Assembly (NCBI GenBank): GCA_027023255.1
Contig: JALVVU010000007.1
Location: 6,888 to 70,887, forward strand
Length of the DNA: 64,000 nucleotides
Reading direction: 5' to 3'
Source of the DNA: Desulfurococcales archaeon
Lineage (GTDB): Archaea; Thermoproteota; Thermoprotei_A; Sulfolobales; NBVN01
Each line of letters opens with the position of its first letter. Position 1 is the first letter of the stretch. Below the pieces are notes generated by a model. It made no database searches. It saw only the letters and a list, made by a program, of their open reading frames with translations, and was not told where the DNA came from. The translations under genes were made by a program, and so were the position numbers. Below, piece after piece: positions 17,416 to 25,737 of the stretch.

Positions 17416-18765
17416 ATGAGAATGGGTTGGAGGGAGCAGATGAGGAGATATAGTGACTTCCGAAAGGTTAGTGAGGCTCTCTCGGATCTGCTAGTGATAT
17501 CTAAGATTATGTTCTCAGCTAATCTACTCGATATCATCGAGTCACAAGGACCGGTACTCTCTTATGACTCACCACCAAGCACCGTGGTTTTCGTGAGGTT
17601 CGACTATGGTGAGGGAATAGGTTACGTATTACTTTGCTGTAAAGACATGTTAATAGCTACGGCGGCACGTGAGAAGGGTAGGAAGGTCTTTGGCGATGAT
17701 GCTCTGAAACTGATAAGGAATAAGAAGGGTACTTCCTATATTTATAGCATACTGCTTGAGAATCTCCCCGACACACTGAGGTCAAGTGTTGAGAGGGCCG
17801 TTGGTGAATGCAGAGAGTTACATTACCCTGATTCTCTTCTTGGAACTCAACTTTATGGATTGAAGATAGGTAATAACGTATTGGTAAAGACAGAATTTAT
17901 AGTAGTGCTTCCGGCTGAGCTAGATAATCGAAAACAGATACTTGTCCTTCCATCAGATATCTTAGTAGTAAGCAAGGATGGGAAGGCCATACTTTCATCG
18001 CTAGCACTGGACTTTAGTGTCGCGCTAGCTAATGGAGTTGAGGTTTCCGGCCTCTTCATACCTAGGACGGAGTACGGTAGCGTAAACGATCTAGTGGCGG
18101 CACCCCCGTCTCTTGTAATCCCCTGGGCTAGTGCCACTTCCATGGACAACCTCATGAAGCAGGGGAATAAAGATTTTGCTAGAAGCATCCTTAAGAGAGT
18201 GACTCAGTACTTGATACGTGCACACGAGATCGGCGTAGCGCATCTCTGGTTAGATCCGAGGAAGATACTGGTAACGTCGGTTCCGGGTGTAGGGAGTTCC
18301 GTGCAGATATTCATTACTGGGTTCCTAGGAAGGTTCCCTAAGGGACTGATACGATTCGCTAATCCCTTTTATTGCGATCCATACCTCCTCCTAGGCCTTG
18401 AAGGGATACATACTGACGTCTACTCGTTAGGAATGATAGTGTTGGAGACAATGACCGGATCAACTTTAGAGTCGCGCGCAGAGATAGTGCTGGCGTTAAG
18501 GGACGCATTAGTTGGCACACAGCCCAGTGGGGCCAAAGGGAAGTCTGACCTATACTCCCTCATATTCTCTACCGCCCGTAAGGATCCCAGCAAACTTAAA
18601 GACGCGTTTGTCAAGATCATGAAGAATGACACGGTGGTTAGGCGGGATAGAGCTACCCTAGCAAAGGTAAGAGATAAGAAGTTAAGGGATGTGCTTGTAA
18701 GATGCCTCTCATTAGATATTAGTGAGAGGCCAAAGGAGGCTAAGGAATTGTTGAATGTGCTTTAA
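17416..18765 (+). CDS. Eukaryotic-like protein-kinase-fold protein, predicted catalytically dead (pseudokinase), with an unrecognised N-terminal region
   Basis: C-lobe signatures: HEIGVAHLWLDPRKILV (aligns to HRDLKPxNIL), ITGFLG (aligns to DFG), DVYSLGMIVLETMTG (subdomain IX), ERPKEAKELL (subdomain XI). The catalytic D, N and DFG-D positions are substituted. Confidence 0.6.
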   Translation: MRMGWREQMRRYSDFRKVSEALSDLLVISKIMFSANLLDIIESQGPVLSYDSPPSTVVFVRFDYGEGIGYVLLCCKDMLIATAAREKGRKVFGDDALKLIRNKKGTSYIYSILLENLPDTLRSSVERAVGECRELHYPDSLLGTQLYGLKIGNNVLVKTEFIVVLPAELDNRKQILVLPSDILVVSKDGKAILSSLALDFSVALANGVEVSGLFIPRTEYGSVNDLVAAPPSLVIPWASATSMDNLMKQGNKDFARSILKRVTQYLIRAHEIGVAHLWLDPRKILVTSVPGVGSSVQIFITGFLGRFPKGLIRFANPFYCDPYLLLGLEGIHTDVYSLGMIVLETMTGSTLESRAEIVLALRDALVGTQPSGAKGKSDLYSLIFSTARKDPSKLKDAFVKIMKNDTVVRRDRATLAKVRDKKLRDVLVRCLSLDISERPKEAKELLNVL

Positions 18766-18779
18766 TGCTGAATTGTTGA

Positions 18780-18889
18780 TGGTGCGGGGGGTGGGATTCG
18801 AACCCACGCAGGCCTCCGCCAGCGGGTCTCCCCACCTAGCCGGAAAGGTCTTGAGCCCGCCCCCTTTGGCCGAGCTCGGGCACCCCCGC
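18780..18889 (-). tRNA. tRNA-Leu (anticodon CAA), class II long variable arm, ~22-nt intron at 37/38; CCA encoded
   Basis: Reverse complement: GCGGGGG-TG-CCC..GGG-G-GCGGG-CT-CAA-G-[ACCTTTCCGGCTAGGTGGGGAG]-A-CCCGC-TGGCGGAGGCCTGC-GTGGG-TTCGAAT-CCCAC-CCCCCGC-A-CCA. Confidence 0.85.
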
Positions 18890-18976
18890 ACCAAAGAATG
18901 TCGTGTAATGGGATTAATTTGCTTTAACTCTAAACTAGACTGTACATCCACAACTATCACTTAAAGCACCTAAGAG

Positions 18977-19651
18977 CTAGTACCTCACCCATGTCCCTGC
19001 TTCTTGACGTAACTCCCACGCAAGCCTAATAGTTTCCGGCTTAAACGCGTTGACAAAGACTAGCCTTATCTTTGAACGCGCTATCACCCTCAGAGCTACA
19101 GCGTCTAGCAACTCGTAATGCCCTGGCCTGAAGTCTTGGGAACGTAACATTTCAGCGAGTTGCTGAATACTTACCTCCCTTAAGGGTTTCGCATCTGGGT
19201 ACTTGCTTGGATCTTTGTCGTAAACTCCGTCAACGTTTGTTGCGTTAATTAGCAAGTCAGCCTTTACTAGCTCGGCGATCATTGCTGAGACCGCGTTCGT
19301 TGATTGCCCGGGCTGAAGCCCTCCCAGAATCACTACCTTGCCTGTGGACAATCCTTGAAGGACTTCATCAACGCTCCTAGGTATCGGTGTATAGGCTAAT
19401 TCACTGAGCGAGGCGGCGAGGAGGAGAGCGTTAAGTCTAGATGCCTCCATACCTAGGAGGTCTAGCCACGCGTTGCTCACGCCTAATTCCTTACCTAGCT
19501 CAACATACTTTCTGGCAGTCTTACCCCCGCCAGTAATCACAACTAAGCGGTCAGTTGACGCCTTCTCCTTCAATATCTCGGTTATTTCAAGAAGTACTCG
19601 CTCGTTACCTGGCTCAAATACTTTACCTGTGAGCTTGAGCACTACGTGCAT
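18977..19651 (-). CDS. pyrH: Uridylate (UMP) kinase, archaeal type
   Basis: VVLKLTGKVF, VVITGGGKTARKY, NVDGVYDKDP. 224 aa. Confidence 0.85.
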   Translation of the reverse strand: MHVVLKLTGKVFEPGNERVLLEITEILKEKASTDRLVVITGGGKTARKYVELGKELGVSNAWLDLLGMEASRLNALLLAASLSELAYTPIPRSVDEVLQGLSTGKVVILGGLQPGQSTNAVSAMIAELVKADLLINATNVDGVYDKDPSKYPDAKPLREVSIQQLAEMLRSQDFRPGHYELLDAVALRVIARSKIRLVFVNAFKPETIRLAWELRQEAGTWVRY

Positions 19652-19705
19652 AGTACCCTCAACGAACTAAGCTTTCGACCGTATAAGTATTTGCTCGCAC
19701 ATGCG

Positions 19706-20584
19706 TTACTTAATAACAATAAATTCTAAGCCGAGGTCCTCAGCTACTTTCTTAACGGTATCACGCGCGAGTGAACCTACTTTTTTCATCACTAATGCCC
19801 TCACAGGTCTTGGCACTGACTTAGTCATTGCCTGCATAATGATGAACTCTAGCTTCTCGGGAGTTTCCCGTAGCTCCTTGAGAGCATACCTAGGTATTAT
19901 GTGTCCGAAACATATATCCTTCTTGAGAGCGAGTTCCGTAAATTTCTCCGCGTAATGGGGTCCACCGAACCCCACCGCAGGCACGCACCTTACGTGGTTT
20001 AATGCTTTTAAAGAGTCAAGCACGACCTCGCCGACCACTTCATGCGCTTCCCTAAGCCCCCATTCCCTGCTACTTGAGCCTATTTCGATGAAAGACAACG
20101 GCTTATTCAATGAAGTGGGACCGTGGTGCGTAACCTCATATACAACTTCAAACTCCTGCAGTGCACGCGCTTTAGACACTTCATTAAGGCCCCTAATGAA
20201 GTTATATGTCAGTAACGGGTAAGCTATGGAGAGTTCGCAGGGTCTGCCACCGACGGCAGCTGACGCTGTTGGGTTGCCGGTGTGATGCGTTGTCAGGGAC
20301 CTTATGCCGGACATGGCGGAGTGCTTCGATAGAAAGACATAGAACTTAGCTGAAGGAAATACCTCGTCAAGGTAGTCCATGGATATGGTCTCCTCCGGGA
20401 ATCCTGCCAGTACAGCGTCCACGTCCTTAACGTACCATGCCTTAACAGCTCTTGAAGCGCTTACATCAATGCAAGTTGTAACTTCCCTTAAGTACTCAGC
20501 TATGCCGGAGCCTGCGGGATCGTTCACACTATATACTAGGACAGCGCCATTATGCTCCTTAACATTCAATACCTGCACCCACAA
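19706..20584 (-). CDS. dtdA: D-aminoacyl-tRNA deacylase, archaeal DtdA type
   Basis: LTTHHTGNP, YEVTHHGPT, IEIGSS..EW and GFGGPHYA are characteristic of the archaeal tRNA_deacylase family. Confidence 0.8.
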   Translation of the reverse strand: MWVQVLNVKEHNGAVLVYSVNDPAGSGIAEYLREVTTCIDVSASRAVKAWYVKDVDAVLAGFPEETISMDYLDEVFPSAKFYVFLSKHSAMSGIRSLTTHHTGNPTASAAVGGRPCELSIAYPLLTYNFIRGLNEVSKARALQEFEVVYEVTHHGPTSLNKPLSFIEIGSSSREWGLREAHEVVGEVVLDSLKALNHVRCVPAVGFGGPHYAEKFTELALKKDICFGHIIPRYALKELRETPEKLEFIIMQAMTKSVPRPVRALVMKKVGSLARDTVKKVAEDLGLEFIVIK

Positions 20585-20618
20585 GAAGGACTTGAAGAGC
20601 TTAAAAAGAGGTCATGAG

Positions 20619-21170
20619 ATGAACCGAGATAAGCAAGTTAAGGTAGCGGTATGCGTTAACCCCTACTTCCTGACGGTATGCCCTAAGGAATGCTTGGAGA
20701 GACTACTGAATCTACTCCCAGCTGAGCTTACTGAGCCGGCACGGAAGTGTCGGTGGGTTGAGTTTAGTTTACGTGTCAGCACCCGCCGCGTAATTTCTGG
20801 TGTGGCGGTACTCGATTCCTGCCCGACGCGTCTGAGGGCAACGTACTTGGAACTCTACCTTGGTTACTTCATCCCGCTCCTAGTTAAACCAGATCTTCAG
20901 GCGGTTTTCCGCGACGGTCGCTTAGTGTCGTGTCGATACGGCATGCAGAGACGGTGGTTAGTCGAGGAATGCCGATTTGAGGGCGTTAAGCGTGGCGTAG
21001 ATCCTGAGGAAGCCTTAAGAATTTACAGGAGATTGCATGAATCTGAATTGATGCCCCGTAACATGCCTTTAGTTCTCCTCTATATGCCGGGAATTGATGA
21101 AATACGTGTGTTTACCCCTAGAGGAAGGAAAATTAGGATAACCGGAAATAAGTGTCACTCCTACCCCTAG
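20619..21170 (+). CDS. Hypothetical Cys-containing protein
   Basis: The track ORF 20379..21170 overlaps dtdA for 200 nt. I trimmed it to the internal ATG 20619 (MNRDKQVKVAV...). No motif recognised. Confidence 0.4.
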   Translation: MNRDKQVKVAVCVNPYFLTVCPKECLERLLNLLPAELTEPARKCRWVEFSLRVSTRRVISGVAVLDSCPTRLRATYLELYLGYFIPLLVKPDLQAVFRDGRLVSCRYGMQRRWLVEECRFEGVKRGVDPEEALRIYRRLHESELMPRNMPLVLLYMPGIDEIRVFTPRGRKIRITGNKCHSYP

Positions 21171-21203
21171 GGCTTCATGAAATACACTAAGAAGGGGATT
21201 GTG

Positions 21204-21719
21204 TTATAGTCTTATGCCGTGCGCCTTCCCACACATCTCTATCCTGGCTAATATTGCGTCAACGACGAAGAGCATCTTCGAGCCTAGCGACTTAAGTATG
21301 TCCGCGTTTTCCTCGATACTACTACGTGTTAAGGGTATCGTGATAGTGAATGACCTGAACTTCACAGATAGTTCTGAGGGCTTGATGATAACTGACGTTA
21401 CGGAGTCAGCAAACACTATCTTGTTTTCTTTTGCTGAATAAGACACCGCTAAGGCTGGCTTAACTCGTGAGGCTAAAGTCATTCCGTCATCCTTAGCAAT
21501 CACCCAATTACCGCATAGTCTTGAAACCTTTCCTCCCTCCGCCAGCTTCTCCAACTCGGCTAAGTACGCTAGTATCCGCTCGGCTCTGGAGAGGATCTCA
21601 CTGACTATGTTAAATGCAGCGACCTTAGTTATCTTAACCTCCTTCACAGCTTCAGCACGTACACCCTCGTACTTCTTTATTACGTTCTCAACGAGATTTA
21701 ATGCATCGCTGAATCCCAT
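21204..21719 (-). CDS. Hypothetical protein
   Basis: 171-aa ORF with no internal overlap conflicts. No motif recognised. Confidence 0.45.
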   Translation of the reverse strand: MGFSDALNLVENVIKKYEGVRAEAVKEVKITKVAAFNIVSEILSRAERILAYLAELEKLAEGGKVSRLCGNWVIAKDDGMTLASRVKPALAVSYSAKENKIVFADSVTSVIIKPSELSVKFRSFTITIPLTRSSIEENADILKSLGSKMLFVVDAILARIEMCGKAHGIRL

Positions 21720-21783
21720 TAAACATCACCTTGAGGATAGCACCGAGCACATTTTAAGCTTTTATTTCACAATTGCTGACGAA

Positions 21784-22113
21784 TCAATGACGTTTTCGAA
21801 TATACCTTAGCAAGTAGCTGAGTTCAGGTCTCTCACTCAGCACCTCCGGTAGGTTTTCGTAGCAAGGTGTACATACCCTTATACCGGGTTGTAGCTCGAC
21901 TGAGCATGACCTGCATATTAGTCTCCCGCAGACAATGCAGGCGTCTACTGAGAGCTTTTCACCGCAAACCTGGCACATTAGGTCAGAGCATACGCTACAT
22001 ACGCCTTTGCGTTTATTGAAGTGCTTTTCGCAAACGTTCCTGCCACAGATCCTGCACTTGTGAATTGCCAGCCTCTTACCGCATACCTCGCAGACCTTAT
22101 CCTGCGTCCTCAA
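21784..22113 (-). CDS. Tandem zinc-binding protein (two 8-ligand Cys/His modules)
   Basis: CEVCGKRLAIHKCRICGRNVCEKHFNKRKGVCSVC followed by CQVCGEKLSVDACIVCGRLICRSCSVELQPGIRVCTPC. The track ORF reaches 22347 but would overlap the divergent GGR start, so I tentatively use TTG 22113. The start is uncertain. Confidence 0.5.
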   Translation of the reverse strand: MRTQDKVCEVCGKRLAIHKCRICGRNVCEKHFNKRKGVCSVCSDLMCQVCGEKLSVDACIVCGRLICRSCSVELQPGIRVCTPCYENLPEVLSERPELSYLLRYIRKRH

Positions 22114-22286
22114 TGTCTCTAGCCTATCCCCTCTTGAGTATTGAGTTTTAATTCTTGTTACGCAAGGGATAATGGGATGACCTGACGACACCCGCTGAGT
22201 CGATGATGTAGATGGAGCGACGGGGACCGCAGTTTTCTGGTAAGCAATTAAAACTCCGCCGTAGCTTATGAGAGCGGGGTCATAAA

Positions 22287-23636
22287 GTGCCGCAGAAGTA
22301 CGATGTCCTGGTAGTGGGTGCTGGCATTGCTGGCTCAACGCTTGCATACTTTCTGAGCAAGAAGGGTGTTAAGGTGTTGCTTGTTGACATGCGTCCCTAC
22401 GCCCGTGCTGGTGATAAGGCATGCGGGGATGCCATGGGTAAACATCATTTCGACGAGCTAGGAGTGAAGTATCCAAGCGGTGAGGAACTCACGGGTACTG
22501 TGAAGGGCATAGACGTATATTCGCCTTCGGAAGGCACGAAGTATAGGGTATTAGGAGACGGATTCATGATTGATAGAATAAAGTTCACTCAGAGATTCAT
22601 TAGGGGAGCCGTTGATGCAGGTGCGGACTATTGGGAGGAGACAAGCGCCACTAAGTTAATTGTGAAGGACAGTATTGCCCAGGGAGCTGTCTTACGTAAG
22701 GGCCCCGAGAAAGTTGAGGTGCATACGCAGCTAGTGGTTGATGCTACAGGCTATGCTAGAGTTCTTGCTAATCAGGCACCTGACAATTGGCCCATTAAGG
22801 ATCCCTTGAAACCCGAGGACGCCATAGTTGCTTATCGTGAGGTCCGTAAACTTGATCGGGAAGTAGACGAGCCAGAGATCCTGCGCATATATATAAGTAA
22901 ACGCGTAGCACCCGGCGGTTACTGGTGGTTCTTCCCATATTCCCTTAAGAACGGAATAGTGAACGTTGGTTTAGGAGTACAGCATGGTGTTGGGTACCCT
23001 AACCCTAAGGACTTGCTGTATAAGTATGTCCTGACAAGACCTGAGTTCGAAGGCAGCGAGATAATTGAGGCTGGCGGCGCGCCCGCACCAACGAGGAGAC
23101 CTGTCAATACCTTGGTGTGGAACGGCTTAGCTGTCATTGGCGACGCTGCTTACGCCGTAAACCCCGTGCATGGCGGGGGAAAGGGTTCGGCAATGATAAC
23201 TTCTTGGTGCCTAGCTAACGCTTACCTAGAGGCTAACGGAGATACCTCCAATACTGCCCTCTGGAGCGCGAATAAGTGCTTCCTAGAGCACTACGGCATA
23301 AAGCAAGCCGCCCTCGACATATTCAGGATGTTCCTCCAGCAATTAAGCGACGAGGATCTTGAATACGGCATGTCCCGTAAGATCATCAAGGAATCGGACC
23401 TAAACACGGTCTCCATGAAGGGAGACCTCGAACTCTCAGTAGTGGATAAGGCAATGAGGTTACTGGCAGGGATAGGAAGACCTAGCCTACTACTTAAGTT
23501 AAGGGCGGTAGCAAAGTACATGAATAAAGCTAAGGAACTGTACCGCAATTATCCGAACAGACCCGAGGACTTAATGCATTGGATTAATGAAGTCTCTAAG
23601 CTCTACGAGGAGTATAGGACGAAAGTACTTAAGTAA
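22287..23636 (+). CDS. Geranylgeranyl reductase family FAD-dependent oxidoreductase (digeranylgeranylglycerophospholipid reductase-like)
   Basis: YDVLVVGAGIAGS dinucleotide fold, GDKACGD, VIGDAAYAVNPVHGGGKG. The ~450-aa size matches crenarchaeal GGRs. Confidence 0.85.
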   Translation: MPQKYDVLVVGAGIAGSTLAYFLSKKGVKVLLVDMRPYARAGDKACGDAMGKHHFDELGVKYPSGEELTGTVKGIDVYSPSEGTKYRVLGDGFMIDRIKFTQRFIRGAVDAGADYWEETSATKLIVKDSIAQGAVLRKGPEKVEVHTQLVVDATGYARVLANQAPDNWPIKDPLKPEDAIVAYREVRKLDREVDEPEILRIYISKRVAPGGYWWFFPYSLKNGIVNVGLGVQHGVGYPNPKDLLYKYVLTRPEFEGSEIIEAGGAPAPTRRPVNTLVWNGLAVIGDAAYAVNPVHGGGKGSAMITSWCLANAYLEANGDTSNTALWSANKCFLEHYGIKQAALDIFRMFLQQLSDEDLEYGMSRKIIKESDLNTVSMKGDLELSVVDKAMRLLAGIGRPSLLLKLRAVAKYMNKAKELYRNYPNRPEDLMHWINEVSKLYEEYRTKVLK

Positions 23637-23739
23637 CTAGACGCAAAAATGTTTTATACACAATGGTTGCCTATTACGGAGTTGTGAAACACCACAACAT
23701 TACTTTAAAGTGAATATGCCAAATTAAATTGTAGGGTTT

Positions 23740-24042
23740 ATGTTGAGAGAGGGTATGTTTGTTGCCCTCACACTAATAGTGATAGGGGTGTTAATCCTTG
23801 CGACTTGGTATGGTGTTCTATCGCTCGTTGATTTAGCCTCGATAATGCTGTGCTTTATTGGCTCCTTCATCATAGCTTCCAAACATGATTTCTTGGGGCG
23901 GTTTTGGGGAGGCGTAGTCGTGGCTACTGGCATAGCGGTATTTGTTGTGTCCCAAGTCGGCACAGGCCCCGGTATTGCCGTCTTGCTCATGGGTGTGGGG
24001 CTAGCATACGTGTTAACTAACGTAGTAAAGTCCCCTCAATAG
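23740..24042 (+). CDS. Small integral membrane protein (3 predicted TM helices)
   Basis: 100-aa ORF that is almost entirely hydrophobic. It overlaps an antisense track ORF that is less convincing. Confidence 0.45.
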   Translation: MLREGMFVALTLIVIGVLILATWYGVLSLVDLASIMLCFIGSFIIASKHDFLGRFWGGVVVATGIAVFVVSQVGTGPGIAVLLMGVGLAYVLTNVVKSPQ

Positions 24043-24125
24043 ACTTGTTTGAAAGGATTGCAGCTCCGACAAGCAGTTAAGAGAATAAAAGGGTAACTAA
24101 GATTACTCTTTGAGTAAAAGATCAG

Positions 24126-24620
24126 GTGTCGGGATTGGATAAAGAGTTAAGTCTGTTAGAGAAACTTGAGGAGATCATTCCCGGGTTCCATGGATATAAA
24201 GTTAAGGAATTGATCAGAGAGGACGATAGGTTAATCCGTAATTACATATACAATGAGTTAAAGAGCGCGCGTGATATCGTAAGGGAGTTAATGCTTGCTA
24301 CCTTAGACGGTATGTATGATGCGCCGGTCACCTACCTTGATAGGCTCTGGAAGAGGCTGGATGAGGCTAGTTCTAAGATAAAGAGCGCGCCAGCGGGATA
24401 TGCTGGTTTCTTTGATAGGGTTAAGGTGAGGGAGCGGGAGCTTGAGACGCTAAAGCGGGTTGATGCTGAGATAGCTTCGATGATTGAGAATCTGCTCACT
24501 GCTCTTCAGGAGGCGCGTAGCAACCCCGCTAAGCTGCAGGAAGTCGTGAGCCTAGTTAATAGTATACTCGACAAAATAGAATTTAGGAATAACTTATTCA
24601 AGGCTGAACCCGGTAGGTAA
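24126..24620 (+). CDS. Helical/coiled-coil protein of unknown function, coupled to the downstream SPFH gene
   Basis: 164 aa with heptad-rich, charged sequence. Its stop lies 11 nt before the SPFH gene's ATG. Confidence 0.55.
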   Translation: MSGLDKELSLLEKLEEIIPGFHGYKVKELIREDDRLIRNYIYNELKSARDIVRELMLATLDGMYDAPVTYLDRLWKRLDEASSKIKSAPAGYAGFFDRVKVRERELETLKRVDAEIASMIENLLTALQEARSNPAKLQEVVSLVNSILDKIEFRNNLFKAEPGR

Positions 24621-24631
24621 GGTGATGCTGT

Positions 24632-25627
24632 ATGCCTAAAGTAATTGAGTGGGTAAACCCGAGCCCTGACGACATAGTTTGGAAGTACCCTAATGAAGTG
24701 ATTGAGTGGGGGTCAGTCCTAATAGTTAAGGAATATGAAGCAGCGGTCTTCTACAGGGACGGTAAGGTTTACGATGTGTTTAGAGCTGGTAGGCACGTGT
24801 TAACCACGGCTACGTTACCGCTACTCACTAAGGTGCTATCGAAGGTAGCTGGGTATGAGAGAGTACCCTTCGTCGCCACAATAATTTTCATCTCGTTAAA
24901 GCAGTTCCGAGGCCTTTTTGGCGGGAGGACGCAAACAACTGAGTTAGCGCCCCTAATGTTCAGGGGCTCATACTACTTCCGAATAGCGGATCCGGCTGTA
25001 TTCGTTAATGAGGTTGTTGGAGGGCAGTCGTTATTCACTACCGACGACATTAACGACTATCTCAGAGGGTACATGAATGAGTTACTGATGAAGTACCTAT
25101 CGACGTACAGCATCGTTGACGTATTCATGAATCTCGACAGGGTAAGCACAGAGGTGAAGTTAAGAGTCATGGAGGACTTCAGGAGGCTGGGGCTCGAGCT
25201 AATTGACGTTAAGTTTGAGGGTGTCGACACTACTGAGGAGTGGCGTCAGAAGATATTCTGGATCAGGCAAACCGGTAATGCCGCTATGGTGCTTCAGATG
25301 GAGACCGTTAAGTCCGTGGCCTCCGAACTAGGCAAGTCACCTGGAGCAGCAACGGGGACAGGAATAGTTATGATACCTCCCCTACTTTACGGTCCTTACG
25401 CGCAACAACAGCCTCCGCCACCGCAGCAACAACAGCAACAGGGTGTAACCACCCCACAACCCCAGGCACAAAGGAAGTTCTACTGCCCTTACTGTGGTGC
25501 AGAAGTACCGCTTAACGCTAAGTTCTGCCCGAACTGTGGTAAGAGACTTAAGTGGTGCCCTAACGGACATCTAGTGCCGTTGGAAGCAAGGGTGTGCCCC
25601 TTCTGCGGTTATAAGTTCCCTGAGTGA
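24632..25627 (+). CDS. SPFH/band-7 superfamily protein of the YdjI / 'virion core protein-like' type, with Gln/Pro-rich linker and C-terminal double zinc ribbon
   Basis: N-terminus IEWVNPSPDDIVWKYPNEVIEWGSVLIVKEYEAAVFYRDGKVYDVFRAGRHVLTT. Linker QQQPPPPQQQQQQGVTTPQPQAQ. C-terminus CPYCGAEVPLNAKFCPNCGKRLKWCPNGHLVPLEARVCPFCG. Confidence 0.8.
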   Translation: MPKVIEWVNPSPDDIVWKYPNEVIEWGSVLIVKEYEAAVFYRDGKVYDVFRAGRHVLTTATLPLLTKVLSKVAGYERVPFVATIIFISLKQFRGLFGGRTQTTELAPLMFRGSYYFRIADPAVFVNEVVGGQSLFTTDDINDYLRGYMNELLMKYLSTYSIVDVFMNLDRVSTEVKLRVMEDFRRLGLELIDVKFEGVDTTEEWRQKIFWIRQTGNAAMVLQMETVKSVASELGKSPGAATGTGIVMIPPLLYGPYAQQQPPPPQQQQQQGVTTPQPQAQRKFYCPYCGAEVPLNAKFCPNCGKRLKWCPNGHLVPLEARVCPFCGYKFPE

Positions 25628-25737
25628 GTTGCTTAACGGAGAAAGTCTTGCAGACGCATTTTTAATTAAGAGGATACATCACCGTATTATCATTCTGTCG
25701 TGTTCGCTAAGGGAAAGTGAGTTAAAAGGGCTTGAGA

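Noticed and set aside
18712-18964. Track ORFs on both strands covering tRNA-Leu, with similar ORFs over tRNA-Thr (31184..31381), tRNA-Pro (49623..49825) and tRNA-Ser (61542..61781)
   Set aside because: They are explained by the GC-rich tRNA genes, which lack stop codons. No coding signal beyond that.
20379-20618. N-terminal 80 codons of track ORF 20379..21170
   Set aside because: This part overlaps the well-supported dtdA gene on the opposite strand and is low-complexity. An internal ATG at 20619, just past dtdA, gives a clean non-overlapping gene.
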